From: Bacteroidota bacterium
Lineage (GTDB): Bacteria > Bacteroidota > Bacteroidia > Flavobacteriales > Flavobacteriaceae
Direction of reading: 5' to 3'
NCBI GenBank assembly: GCA_018335575.1
Contig: JAGXRT010000034.1
Location: 8,040-72,039, forward strand
DNA length: 64,000 nt
In this document: in pieces, positions 1 through 9,589 of the stretch
Layout of the letters: every line of letters begins with the position of its first letter
How positions within the stretch are numbered: position 1 is the first letter of the stretch
Translations under genes and position numbers: made by a program
The notes under the pieces: model-generated
What the model saw: only the letters and a program-made list of their open reading frames with translations
Told to the model about the DNA's origin: nothing
Database searches by the model: none

Positions 1-795
1 ATTCTGGCTTTAGCAAGACCAAGAACTGTAGAGGTTAGCACTAAAACCAAAACCACCAGAGGAATTGATATTGTTATGGCAATTGATATTTCTGCAAGTA
101 TGTTGGCAAAAGATTTGAAACCCAACCGATTAGAAGCACTAAAAAAAGTAGCCATAGAATTTGTAAACGGCAGGCCAAATGACAGAATCGGTGTAGTGGT
201 ATATGCTGGGGAAAGTTATACTAAAACTCCTATTACCAGCGATAAATCCATCGTAAATAAAATTATTTCCGATATTACTTGGGGCGAAGATTTAGATGGA
301 GGAACAGCCATTGGAATGGGCTTGGGTTCTGCTGTAAACAGATTAAAAGAAAGCAAAGCACAAAGCAAGGTGATTATTTTGCTAACCGATGGAGTTAATA
401 ATGCCGGCTTTGTAGATCCCAAAACAAGTACTGAATTGGCAAAGGAACTGGGAATAAAAGTGTACACTATTGGTCTGGGAACTAACGGAATGGCGCTTTC
501 TCCGTATTATAAAGATCCATCAGGAAGATTGGTTTTTAAAAACATTCAGGTTGAAATTGACGAAGATTTATTGCGATTTATCGCCCATAAAACAGACGGT
601 AAATACTTTAGAGCAACAGACAATGTAAAGCTTAAAGCCATATATGACGAAATTAATAAGTTAGAAAAAACAGAGATAGAAGAGTTTAAGTATTATAATT
701 TTTCTGAAAAATACCGAATGTTGGTGCTGTTAGCCATTGGATTGGTTGTACTTGAAATGGGATTACGTTTAACCGTTTATAGAAGTTTTATTTAA
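1..795 (+). CDS. batA: BatA, vWA domain protein (5'-truncated by window edge)
   Basis: Frame is open from base 1 (ILALARPR...GIDIVMAIDISASM). MIDAS DxSxS, GTAIG and LLTDG motifs plus a C-terminal TM helix; first gene of a bat cluster. Confidence 0.93.
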   Translation: MLALARPRTVEVSTKTKTTRGIDIVMAIDISASMLAKDLKPNRLEALKKVAIEFVNGRPNDRIGVVVYAGESYTKTPITSDKSIVNKIISDITWGEDLDGGTAIGMGLGSAVNRLKESKAQSKVIILLTDGVNNAGFVDPKTSTELAKELGIKVYTIGLGTNGMALSPYYKDPSGRLVFKNIQVEIDEDLLRFIAHKTDGKYFRATDNVKLKAIYDEINKLEKTEIEEFKYYNFSEKYRMLVLLAIGLVVLEMGLRLTVYRSFI

Positions 796-797
796 AA

Positions 798-1832
798 ATG
801 TATCAGATAGATGAACATAATTATTTCTATTTATTACTGCTAATACCAGTATTAGTTTTGGTGTTTTTATATGTAAGTTGGTGGAAAAAGAAAGTAAGAA
901 AGCAATTTGCCGAACCCGAATTGTTGGAAAAACTTATTCCAGAAAAATCTACATTTAAACCTATTATAAAACTAGTATTTCTGAGTTTAGGAATTTTGTT
1001 TTTAGTCATTGCTTTAGCCAATCCTAAAATGGGAATCAAATTAAAAACCATTAAAAGACAAGGTGTAGATATTGTTTTTGCATTGGATGTTTCTAAAAGT
1101 ATGTTAGCAGAAGATATAGCTCCCAATCGTTTAGAAAAATCAAAACAATTAATAAACAAAGTTATAGACAAGTTAGGAAGTGATAGGGTTGGAGTAATAG
1201 TTTATGCTGGTAGCGCATATCCATTATTGCCTATTACAACTGATTTAGCTTCGGCAAAAATGTTTCTGCAAATGGCAAATCCAGAGATGGTGTCAGATCA
1301 AGGTACGGCTATGAATGAAGCACTGTCTAAAGCGATGACTTATTTTGATAATGATGAGCAAACCAACCGCTTTCTATTTATTGTTTCTGATGGTGAAGAT
1401 CATGAAGGAAATAGTGACCAAGTAGCACAGCAAGCAGCAGAGAATGGTGTTAGGATATTTACAGTAGGTGTAGGATCGGATAAAGGAAGTACGATTCCAA
1501 TTAAACAAAATGGTATTTTTGTCGAGTATAAAAAAGATCAAAATGGCGAAGTAGTTATTACAAAGCTTAATGAAACTATTTTAAATCAAATTGCCTCTGA
1601 AGGAAATGGTAATTATATACTTGGAAACAATACTAATGAAACCGTAGATGAGATTGAAAATATAATTTCTAATGCCGAAAAAAAGGAATTTGAAACAAAA
1701 GAATTTTCAGATTTTAAAGATCAGTTTCAGTGGTTTATTGGTTTTGGTTTATTGTTTTTAATAGTAGAAACTTTGATGTTTGACAAGAAAACGAAGTGGA
1801 TTCAAAAATTAAATTTATTCAATGAAAAGTAA
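798..1832 (+). CDS. batB: BatB, vWA domain protein
   Basis: Two N-terminal TM segments, ALDVSKSM MIDAS motif, SDGED, C-terminal TM; follows batA. Confidence 0.92.
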   Translation: MYQIDEHNYFYLLLLIPVLVLVFLYVSWWKKKVRKQFAEPELLEKLIPEKSTFKPIIKLVFLSLGILFLVIALANPKMGIKLKTIKRQGVDIVFALDVSKSMLAEDIAPNRLEKSKQLINKVIDKLGSDRVGVIVYAGSAYPLLPITTDLASAKMFLQMANPEMVSDQGTAMNEALSKAMTYFDNDEQTNRFLFIVSDGEDHEGNSDQVAQQAAENGVRIFTVGVGSDKGSTIPIKQNGIFVEYKKDQNGEVVITKLNETILNQIASEGNGNYILGNNTNETVDEIENIISNAEKKEFETKEFSDFKDQFQWFIGFGLLFLIVETLMFDKKTKWIQKLNLFNEK

Positions 1833-2562
1833 GATTTTCATAGCGTTATTTTTTATTTCTACATTGGCTGTTGCGCAACAAGGCGACGCATCTGCCGAGC
1901 GTAAAGCACGTAAGTTGTTACGAGAAGGGAATGAGTTGTATAACCAAAAAAAATATGCAGATGCAGAAGTAGCCTACAAAAAAGCATTGGAAAAAAATAC
2001 AACCTACGGAAAAGCAATTTACAATTTAGGCAATGCTTTATACGAACAAAACAGAACTGAAGAATCGGCTCAATTATTTGAAAGTGTTGCAAAAAATTCA
2101 AAAGACAACTTAACTAAAGCAGAAGCATATCACAATCTTGGAAATAGTTTTATGCAAGCTAAAAAGTATGGTCAGGCGGTAGAAGCCTATAAAAATGCAC
2201 TAAGAAATAATTCACTCGATGAAAACACACGTTATAACTTAGCGTTGGCACAAAAACTTCTAAAAGATCAACAACAAAATCAGGATAAAAATCAAGATAA
2301 AAAAGACGATCAAAACAAAGATCAACAACAAGATAAGCAGGAAAATCAAGATAAAAAGAATGATCAGCAAGATAAGAACGATGACAAGAAGGATAATAAA
2401 GACAAACAACAACAAAAGCAGCAGCCTCAACCTAATCAATTATCTCCACAGCAAATGGAGCAATTGTTAGAGGCAATGAATAAAGAAGAAAATAAAACAC
2501 AAAAGAAAGTTAACGCTCAAAAAACACCTAATAAACCAACCAAAAAGGAAAAAGATTGGTAA
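1822..2562 (+). CDS. batC: BatC, TPR protein with Q/D/K-rich linker
   Basis: Signal peptide, TPRs (YNLGNALY, YHNLGN), low-complexity linker, terminal KDW. Confidence 0.9.
   Translation: MKSKIFIALFFISTLAVAQQGDASAERKARKLLREGNELYNQKKYADAEVAYKKALEKNTTYGKAIYNLGNALYEQNRTEESAQLFESVAKNSKDNLTKAEAYHNLGNSFMQAKKYGQAVEAYKNALRNNSLDENTRYNLALAQKLLKDQQQNQDKNQDKKDDQNKDQQQDKQENQDKKNDQQDKNDDKKDNKDKQQQKQQPQPNQLSPQQMEQLLEAMNKEENKTQKKVNAQKTPNKPTKKEKDW
2266..2430 (+). repeat. Low-complexity coding tract (CAAGATAAA-like units; Q/D/K/N) within batC
   Basis: Translates as DQQQNQDKNQDKKDDQNKDQQQDKQENQDKK...; imperfect short units, in frame. Confidence 0.7.
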
Positions 2563-2588
2563 TAGTAATGAAGCACGATGTTTTACAT

Positions 2589-4352
2589 ATGAAAAGAATT
2601 GCCACCTATAGTATTTTAGGATTTTTTCTATTATTTAGTCAAATAGCCTTGGCTCAATTAGATTTTGCCGCTACTGCAAGCAATTCAAAAATAGGTTTAA
2701 ACCAACGGGTACGTGTAGAATTTTCTGTTGACAAGCAAGGTGCAGATAATTTTAGATTGCCCGAAATGGCAGATTTTAAAGTTGTGGCTGGACCTAGTCA
2801 ATCGGTAAATCAATCTTGGATTAACGGAAAAGTATCGTTTTCGCAAACGTATATTTATATACTACAACCAACTAAAATGGGAACCTTAACCGTTCAATCA
2901 GCAACAGTAGAATATGAAGGAAAAACATACAGATCAAATCCCATTAAAATTACAGTTACAGAAAATGTAGAAGTTCCAAAAGACCCAAATGATCCAAGTT
3001 ATTTAGCACAACAAGGCATACATTTGGTAGCTGAAGTTTCTAAAGAAAGTCCGTACGTTGGAGAATCCTTGTATGTAGTTTATAAATTATATGTAAGCGA
3101 AAATATAAGCGTAAGTAATTGGGCAGTTGTAGAATCGCCACAATACAATGGTTTTTGGAATCAGGATATCGAAATTAAAGGGATGAATGTTCAAATGGGC
3201 GAGTACAAAGGAGAGCGGTACCGCTACTTAGAACTTAAAAAAGCTGTTTTAATACCACAAAAATCGGGCGATTTAATTATTGAGCCGATGCGTATGGATA
3301 TTACACTTGGAGTTCCAACAGGTAGGTATAATTTTTTTGGAGAAGCAATTTTGAGAAGCTATACCGAATCGTATTCTACAGGAAAAAGAACAGTTAAAGT
3401 AAAAGCATTGCCAACCGAAGGAAAACCTGAAAACTTCTCAGGTGCCGTGGGCGATTTTCAATTTAAAGTAACCAAAAACAAGGAAGTACTTAAAGCCAAT
3501 GAATCTGCACAGATAAATGTAGAAGTTTCTGGTAAAGGAAATTTCAAACTTTTTGAAATTCCAAAGTTAGTAACACCTTCAGAATTGGAAGTTTTTACGC
3601 CAGAGTATAAAGAACAGATACAGACCTCTATTAACGGTATTGCAGGAAGGGTATATTCGCAGTATACGGTGGTTCCACAATATAAAGGCAAGTATAAAAT
3701 ACCAAACTTATCATTTTCGTATTTCAATCCGCAAGACAAAAAATATTATACAATTGATGTTCCAGATATGTTTGTTGAAGTTTCTGAAGGTAAAGGTTTA
3801 CCTACCACAGATTCTGCATTTGCACATAAACAACAAGTAGAAGTTTCGGGTAATAGTTTCAGGTATATTCAAACTAAAACTTCGTTTAAACCAATTGTTG
3901 AAGAACCGTTTTTTAAATCGAAATGGTATTTTTTACTGTTGTTAGCACCATTATTAGTAATTCCTATTGGGATTATGTTAAACAAATTTAACGAAGAACG
4001 CTCTAAAGACATAGTAGGGAGCAAAAAACGCAAAGCAGATAGATTGGCCAGAAAATACTTATCGGCTGCTAAGAAAGAATTGGGCAAAAAGGAATTGTTT
4101 TACATTGCCCTTGAAAAGGCGTTACACAATTTCTTAAAAGCCAAACTAAGTATTGAAACTGCTGATATCAGTCAAGAAAAAATATCTGAAATTTTGACTA
4201 AGAAAGGCGTTTCAACAGATTCTATTACACAGTTAATTGCAGTGTTGAATGATTGTGATTTTGCTCGTTACACCCCATCATCAAATGTAAAAATGAATGA
4301 AGAATATGAGAAGGCAGTTGAAATTATATCCATAATTGATAAAGAGCTGTAA
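2589..4352 (+). CDS. batD: BatD (start probably 2589, possibly 2568; ORF track gives 2556)
   Basis: Signal peptide ending ALA-Q, repeated beta-rich BatD domains, FSGAVG motif, TM helix, C-terminal ARYTP. Confidence 0.88.
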   Translation: MKRIATYSILGFFLLFSQIALAQLDFAATASNSKIGLNQRVRVEFSVDKQGADNFRLPEMADFKVVAGPSQSVNQSWINGKVSFSQTYIYILQPTKMGTLTVQSATVEYEGKTYRSNPIKITVTENVEVPKDPNDPSYLAQQGIHLVAEVSKESPYVGESLYVVYKLYVSENISVSNWAVVESPQYNGFWNQDIEIKGMNVQMGEYKGERYRYLELKKAVLIPQKSGDLIIEPMRMDITLGVPTGRYNFFGEAILRSYTESYSTGKRTVKVKALPTEGKPENFSGAVGDFQFKVTKNKEVLKANESAQINVEVSGKGNFKLFEIPKLVTPSELEVFTPEYKEQIQTSINGIAGRVYSQYTVVPQYKGKYKIPNLSFSYFNPQDKKYYTIDVPDMFVEVSEGKGLPTTDSAFAHKQQVEVSGNSFRYIQTKTSFKPIVEEPFFKSKWYFLLLLAPLLVIPIGIMLNKFNEERSKDIVGSKKRKADRLARKYLSAAKKELGKKELFYIALEKALHNFLKAKLSIETADISQEKISEILTKKGVSTDSITQLIAVLNDCDFARYTPSSNVKMNEEYEKAVEIISIIDKEL

Positions 4353-4354
4353 TT

Positions 4355-5107
4355 ATGAGAACTATTGTAATATTATTTTTTCTTTTTGTAAGTTTTTTTA
4401 CGAATGCTCAACCGCTTAGTAAAGTTTTTGAGCAAGGAAATCAATTGTATAAAAATGCTGATTATAGAGGCGCAATAAACACCTATCATAAAATAGAAAA
4501 TACTGGTTTTCAGTCAGACGCATTGTATTTTAATTTAGCCAATTCGTATTATAAGTTAAATGAAGTGGCACCCTCTGTTTATTATTATGAAAAAGCGCTT
4601 AAGTTAAATCCGATGAATGAAGACGCTAAGTACAACTTAGTTTTAGCTAACCGACTTACAATTGACCAAATAGATGAAGTTCCTAAAACTTTATTACAAC
4701 GGTTTGAAGCTAACGTTTTACATAAGTTTAGCATACATCAATGGGCTGTAATTTCTATAGTATTTTCTGTATTAACGGCTTTGGTTTTTTTGATGTATTA
4801 CTTTTCGTTATCCAGTCTGTTAAAAAGGATTTTCTTTTCGTTGAGTTTAGTAACGTTTAGTTTGATGTTGATATCAGTTATGATTGCTTATACCGGATTG
4901 GATTACCATAAAAAAAATCAACCTGCAATTGTATTTTCAGAAAAAGCCCAAATTAAAAATGCACCTACATTTAACAGCGAAGACGTATTTACCTTACACG
5001 AAGGCACTAAAGTTATGGTGCTAGATGAAGTAGATGATTGGTACAAAATAAAATTATCCGATGGCAAAATTGGTTGGGTACGCACCGGTGTTTTAAAAAT
5101 TATCTAA
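4355..5107 (+). CDS. batE: BatE, TPR + TM + SH3b
   Basis: TPRs, two TM helices, C-terminal LHEGTKV...W.KIKL.DGKIGWV SH3-like domain. Confidence 0.9.
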   Translation: MRTIVILFFLFVSFFTNAQPLSKVFEQGNQLYKNADYRGAINTYHKIENTGFQSDALYFNLANSYYKLNEVAPSVYYYEKALKLNPMNEDAKYNLVLANRLTIDQIDEVPKTLLQRFEANVLHKFSIHQWAVISIVFSVLTALVFLMYYFSLSSLLKRIFFSLSLVTFSLMLISVMIAYTGLDYHKKNQPAIVFSEKAQIKNAPTFNSEDVFTLHEGTKVMVLDEVDDWYKIKLSDGKIGWVRTGVLKII

Positions 5108-5110
5108 ATA

Positions 5111-6256
5111 TTATTTACCCAATAACCAAATAAGTGCTTCAGGCATTCGTTTAGCCCAAGCGGCTTCAAAATGTTTGGCATTTTTATCTAAAATCCAAAG
5201 GTAATCATGGTCTTTTTTATACCCCTTTTGGTTTAAAACTTGAATCATTTCGTCAATACCCGGTTGTAATTGTTCTTCCAAACCTACACCCCCATTATCG
5301 ATGTATAATTTTATATTTTTCTTCTTACCGATATATTTTTTAACATTTTGAACATAATCGATATGCCGTATTTTAAATGCCGGTGACATGCAAATGGCTT
5401 TTGAAAAAACATCTGGGTATTCCCATGCCAGCGCAAAAGAGATTATTCCACCCATGGAAGAGCCTCCAACTGAGGTGTGTTTTTTTCCTGGGTTGGTTCT
5501 ATAGTTTTTATCGATAAATGGTTTAAGCTGATGAACCAAAAACTTCATATAATCGGCTCCTTTTTCTGCAGGTAAATACTCGCTGCTTCGGTCTTTGGTA
5601 TTATAAATTCCAACTACAATATGCGGTTTAATTTTTTTAGCTGTGATTAAACTATCCATGGTTTCATCAACACGCCAGTCAACGCCAAAAGAGCTTGTTT
5701 TGGGATCAAATAAATTTTGTCCGTCGTGCATGTATATAACATCAAAGCGTTCTTTTTTATGAGTTTCATATATTGGAGGAAGCCAGACTATAATATCGCG
5801 ATCTAACAGATTTTCACCTTTAAAGTTTCGGTGATACTCAACCGTGCCAGTAATTTTACCAACTACAGTTTTAGCAGTTCCATCTTTCCAAAAGAAAACA
5901 TCGTTTTTTATAATAGTATCAGATGAAACTTTTACTATAAAATTATCAAGGGGTAATCCGTTGGCATATACCGATTCTTTTTCCCAACTTCCCAAGGTAT
6001 ATTTATATTCAATGCCAAAGGCTGCTTTTGTTTTGATTGATGTTTCCCAAAGATGATTTCCTATAGAACTCATTTTTACAATTGCTGGGTTCCAATTCCC
6101 CAGCTCAGGAATGCTACCCGTTATATAAACGTCTGCATTTGTATCTAAATCAGGCGAAAATAATTGAAATGTTAAGGTGTTAAAATGCGGATGTTGTGGT
6201 TGCGAATTAGCGATAAAAGTAGTTAATACTAACAGAAATATAATTTGGATTCTCAT
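5111..6256 (-). CDS. Secreted alpha/beta-fold esterase with N-terminal CBM20-like module
   Basis: Signal peptide; VYITGSIPELGNWNP...EYKY...WE (CBM20-like); YMHDGQN, nucleophile elbow GSSMGG and HFEAAW (Fes/IroE-like esterase). Confidence 0.8.
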   Translation of the reverse strand: MRIQIIFLLVLTTFIANSQPQHPHFNTLTFQLFSPDLDTNADVYITGSIPELGNWNPAIVKMSSIGNHLWETSIKTKAAFGIEYKYTLGSWEKESVYANGLPLDNFIVKVSSDTIIKNDVFFWKDGTAKTVVGKITGTVEYHRNFKGENLLDRDIIVWLPPIYETHKKERFDVIYMHDGQNLFDPKTSSFGVDWRVDETMDSLITAKKIKPHIVVGIYNTKDRSSEYLPAEKGADYMKFLVHQLKPFIDKNYRTNPGKKHTSVGGSSMGGIISFALAWEYPDVFSKAICMSPAFKIRHIDYVQNVKKYIGKKKNIKLYIDNGGVGLEEQLQPGIDEMIQVLNQKGYKKDHDYLWILDKNAKHFEAAWAKRMPEALIWLLGK

Positions 6257-6765
6257 AATATTGATTTTAGTTCTTCTTTTATAGGTTCATCAAAAAATGA
6301 TGGAAACAATAATATTGCGGTTTCTTTAACAGTATAAAAAAGTTTTGATTCTTGTAAAGTCGATTCATTTACAAACTCAATTTTTGAGTTGAATTTATAA
6401 AAATACATCAGTAAAACACTCAAGATTAACGTAATTTTTAGCAAACCAAATACGCCGCCTAGCAGTTTGTTTAATAAACCTAAGGAAGCAAAGTCGGCAA
6501 GTTTTGTAAAGAATTTTCCCAACAGGGTTATGGCTATGACAATTATAATGAAGGTGATAATAAACGAAGTTAAGCCCACATATTTTTTGTCCCAGTTTAA
6601 TAAATCATATAAATAATTTCCAATAAAATCTGAAAAATGAATGGCGCCGTATATTCCTAAAATTAATGCAAGTAAAGACGCTACTTCTACAAACAATCCT
6701 TTAAAAAGTCCTTTTATAAAACCATATGCTAGAAATAATGCTAAAAAAATATCAATAGAATTCAT
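6253..6765 (-). CDS. cvpA: CvpA family (colicin V production) membrane protein
   Basis: N-terminal D...G..KG...E pattern, four TM segments, LNKLLGGVFG motif. Confidence 0.85.
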   Translation of the reverse strand: MNSIDIFLALFLAYGFIKGLFKGLFVEVASLLALILGIYGAIHFSDFIGNYLYDLLNWDKKYVGLTSFIITFIIIVIAITLLGKFFTKLADFASLGLLNKLLGGVFGLLKITLILSVLLMYFYKFNSKIEFVNESTLQESKLFYTVKETAILLFPSFFDEPIKEELKSIL

Positions 6766-6791
6766 GTAAAAGTTATTGAAAGTGTAAAATT

Positions 6792-7217
6792 CTAGTGTTC
6801 TTTTTTATAAACAAATTGTGCAAAATTGCCTCCTAACCATGCCATTGGAAAATAAGCTAAACCTAAATCAAGTACAGTAAACCAGGTTGGCGATGGTAAT
6901 GAAATTATATTTGTTAACCCACCTAGAAAGAAAAATAGACCAATAACGTAAGCAAATTTAACAGAATGATTAACAGCTACTAACGTAGTTATAAATGCTC
7001 CTACAAAAGTTCCAACGGAATGAGCTAAAAAAGGGAAAATAAAGTGTTTAGCTTCAAACAAATGCATTGAAGCCCTTAAGCCTTCCATGGTAGTATTGTC
7101 TGCGCCTTCAGGTGGGGGAATTACAGAACCACTTACCATTACTAAGCCCATGTTTGCTAAACTTCCCAAAAACAAACCTATTAACACGGCCAAACTATTT
7201 CTAATTATTTTGTTCAT
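6792..7217 (-). CDS. Conserved hypothetical 4-TM membrane protein
   Basis: Four hydrophobic segments, PPPEG loop, FPFLAH motif. Confidence 0.75.
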   Translation of the reverse strand: MNKIIRNSLAVLIGLFLGSLANMGLVMVSGSVIPPPEGADNTTMEGLRASMHLFEAKHFIFPFLAHSVGTFVGAFITTLVAVNHSVKFAYVIGLFFFLGGLTNIISLPSPTWFTVLDLGLAYFPMAWLGGNFAQFVYKKEH

Positions 7218-7243
7218 ACATTTTAAAAAATTAAATTTTGTAA

Positions 7244-8335
7244 TTAATTATTCTTGATTGGAATAGTAAAAATAAATTCACATCCTTTTTCTAGTTGACT
7301 TTCAACGCTAATTTTTCCACCTTGTAATTCTACAAACTCTTTACATAAAATGAGTCCGAAACCGGTGCCAACTTCACCTTTGGTTCCTTTTTTTGATTTT
7401 GTTTCGAGCACCTTGAACAAAGAATTTTTGGTTGTTTCGTCCATTCCGATGCCATTATCTTTTATACGTATTTCAGCGAAGTTATTATTAATTACTCCTT
7501 TAATTTTTATTTCTCCACCAACTTTACTGTATTTGATGGCATTTGTTAGTAAATTACGAATAATAGTATTGAGCATTTCTTGGTCAGCCCATATGGCAAT
7601 AGGCTCGTTTAAACTTATAAAAATTTCAATATTTTTTGATTCAGCAGCGTTTTCAACATTTTGGACCAATTCGTTAATTAACTCATTCAAATTAACCAAC
7701 TCTTTTTTAACTACCATTCCTTGTTGTTGCGCTTGCGCCCAAGACAATAAATTATTTAGTAAGTCATACGTGTTTTTGGATGTATTTTGAATGATATCTG
7801 CATACTTTTTTATTTTATTTAAATCAGCCTGATCAATGCTTTCATGTAATAACTCTGAAAAACCTAAAAGCGAGTTAAATGGATTTCGAAGGTCATGAGC
7901 CAATATATTTAAAAATTTATCTTTGGTAATATTAAGTTGGGCAAGATTATTTTGCTGGGCACGTAGGGTTAAATGGGTATTTATACGTGCCAATAGCTCT
8001 TCGTCATTAAATGGTTTATTAATTATGTCAACTCCTCCGTTTTTAAATGCGTTGGAAATATTGGATTCATCAGTTTTTACTAACAAAAATAAAATGGGCG
8101 TTTCAGCATTTTTACTGTTATTTTGTATTTGCATAGCGGTTTCAAAACCATCCATTTGAGGCATGCGGACATCAAGCAGAATTAAATCTAAATCAATTTC
8201 TTTACACAAATCAACAGCTTGTATACCCGAGGTGGCTGCAATTGTATTATAACCTGCTTTATCCAAAATCGATTGTAACAAGACAATATTGTCTGATACA
8301 TCATCAACAATTAAAATTGATTTGTTTATGGGCAT
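7244..8335 (-). CDS. Cytoplasmic hybrid protein: receiver domain + histidine kinase (REC-HisKA-HATPase)
   Basis: ILIVDD, LLDVRMP, KPF; H-box AHDLRNP; N-box NLLTNAIKY; DNGIG and GTGFGL; no TM segment or sensor domain. Confidence 0.9.
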   Translation of the reverse strand: MPINKSILIVDDVSDNIVLLQSILDKAGYNTIAATSGIQAVDLCKEIDLDLILLDVRMPQMDGFETAMQIQNNSKNAETPILFLLVKTDESNISNAFKNGGVDIINKPFNDEELLARINTHLTLRAQQNNLAQLNITKDKFLNILAHDLRNPFNSLLGFSELLHESIDQADLNKIKKYADIIQNTSKNTYDLLNNLLSWAQAQQQGMVVKKELVNLNELINELVQNVENAAESKNIEIFISLNEPIAIWADQEMLNTIIRNLLTNAIKYSKVGGEIKIKGVINNNFAEIRIKDNGIGMDETTKNSLFKVLETKSKKGTKGEVGTGFGLILCKEFVELQGGKISVESQLEKGCEFIFTIPIKNN

Positions 8336-8338
8336 TTC

Positions 8339-8770
8339 CTAAATATTTAGTTGATAATTAGTTTGGATATTGTTTTTGTTCACAAAAGTGCTTATACTTC
8401 GATCTTCATGAGTAGTATGGTGGGCAAACCATTCATAAGCAAACTGTAAAAACTCAATGGAGTTATCAACTTTATGCTTGGCAATATTGAGTTTTTCTAA
8501 TAAATCAAAGTGTAAATGTTGATGATTTTCTATCCCTGGATAATTGACCTGAGCCATAAATGCTTCTTCACTGGTGAAATGAAACTCAGCGTATTTTTCA
8601 ATTACATTGATGATTTTGTTTAATTCGAATTGGTTTTTTTTCTGAATTATTGCAATACGATAGGAATTAAATAACTCAAGGAAAATTTTATGTTCTAAAT
8701 CAATTCGTTGTATTCCTGTTTCAAATTTAGGATCCCAAATAATTTCCTTGTTTATATCAATTGTTGCCAT
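8339..8770 (-). CDS. Single-domain bacteriohemerythrin
   Basis: W...FETGI..ID.EH; HFTSEE; HQHLH; WF.HH...ED, giving the full H/HxxxE/HxxxH/HxxxxD di-iron ligand set. Confidence 0.9.
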   Translation of the reverse strand: MATIDINKEIIWDPKFETGIQRIDLEHKIFLELFNSYRIAIIQKKNQFELNKIINVIEKYAEFHFTSEEAFMAQVNYPGIENHQHLHFDLLEKLNIAKHKVDNSIEFLQFAYEWFAHHTTHEDRSISTFVNKNNIQTNYQLNI

Positions 8771-8850
8771 AGTTGAAGGGATTTAATCAGTATTAATTTT
8801 ATAAATGTAATAAAATAAACTCAAGAATACTATATCGGAAAAATAAACAA

Positions 8851-8858
8851 TACCTTTG
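8851..8858 (+). promoter_or_regulatory. Bacteroidota sigma-A -7 element TACCTTTG
   Basis: Exact TAnnTTTG, 17 nt upstream of the ATG at 8876. Confidence 0.65.
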
Positions 8859-8875
8859 TAAAAAAATCAAAAATA

Positions 8876-9223
8876 ATGATCAAGGTACTCGAAATTGAGG
8901 AAAAATACAATCAGTTAGAGCGCAAACTCAGTGCTCAATTTGCCGATGGTGATACCGTTAAAATTGACGCCATGCTTTATTTAATTGGAGTACAAGAATT
9001 GGGTAAAGGGTTTCTGGAGTTTTCAAAAGATGACAAACTCAATTTAATGCATATCGCCGTTTGTAAAATATTTGAACCGTTTGGTCATTATAAATATTCG
9101 CATATGGATGAAGATGGGTGGCCGCACTATGAACCACTTACCGAACTGCCTGAACTAACTCTTGAACAGCAGGAATTATACATGAAAGAAGCTATTATAA
9201 CTTATTTTAAGAATCGTTTTTAG
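8876..9223 (+). CDS. Conserved hypothetical protein (Bacteroidota)
   Basis: LYLIGVQELG..., LMHIAVC and D.DGWPH motifs; has its own promoter. Confidence 0.75.
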   Translation: MIKVLEIEEKYNQLERKLSAQFADGDTVKIDAMLYLIGVQELGKGFLEFSKDDKLNLMHIAVCKIFEPFGHYKYSHMDEDGWPHYEPLTELPELTLEQQELYMKEAIITYFKNRF

Positions 9224-9226
9224 GTA

Positions 9227-9586
9227 TTAAAAGATATAATACGCATCTTCAAGATGTTCTATTTCAATATGATTGTTCTGATTGATAATGGCGATGATAT
9301 CAAATCGAACCTGAACATCAATATCTTTTGAAATTACATATTCGTTAACAGCATTAACCAACAACTTAATTTTCTTAGGTTTTACAAAATCCTGCGGATT
9401 GCCAAAAGTCGATGAACTTCGGGTTTTAACTTCAATTACGGCTAAAATGTTCTGTTTTTGAGCAATAATATCAATTTCGGCTTTTTGATAACGCCAATTG
9501 CGCTCAACGATGATATAACCATTCTTTATAAGGAATTCAACTGCCAGTTCTTCGCCGTTTTTACCAAAATCGATGTGTTCTGCCAT
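9227..9586 (-). CDS. yraN: YraN family (UPF0102) putative endonuclease
   Basis: G..GE..A...L...GY....RNWR...EIDII...IEVKTR...RFDII. Confidence 0.9.
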   Translation of the reverse strand: MAEHIDFGKNGEELAVEFLIKNGYIIVERNWRYQKAEIDIIAQKQNILAVIEVKTRSSSTFGNPQDFVKPKKIKLLVNAVNEYVISKDIDVQVRFDIIAIINQNNHIEIEHLEDAYYIF

Positions 9587-9589
9587 TGT

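Noticed and set aside
2266..2430. Repetitive CAAGATAAA-like tract as a possible CRISPR array or contingency repeat
   Set aside because: The units are imperfect and in frame with no repeat-spacer structure; this is the normal BatC Q/D/K linker.
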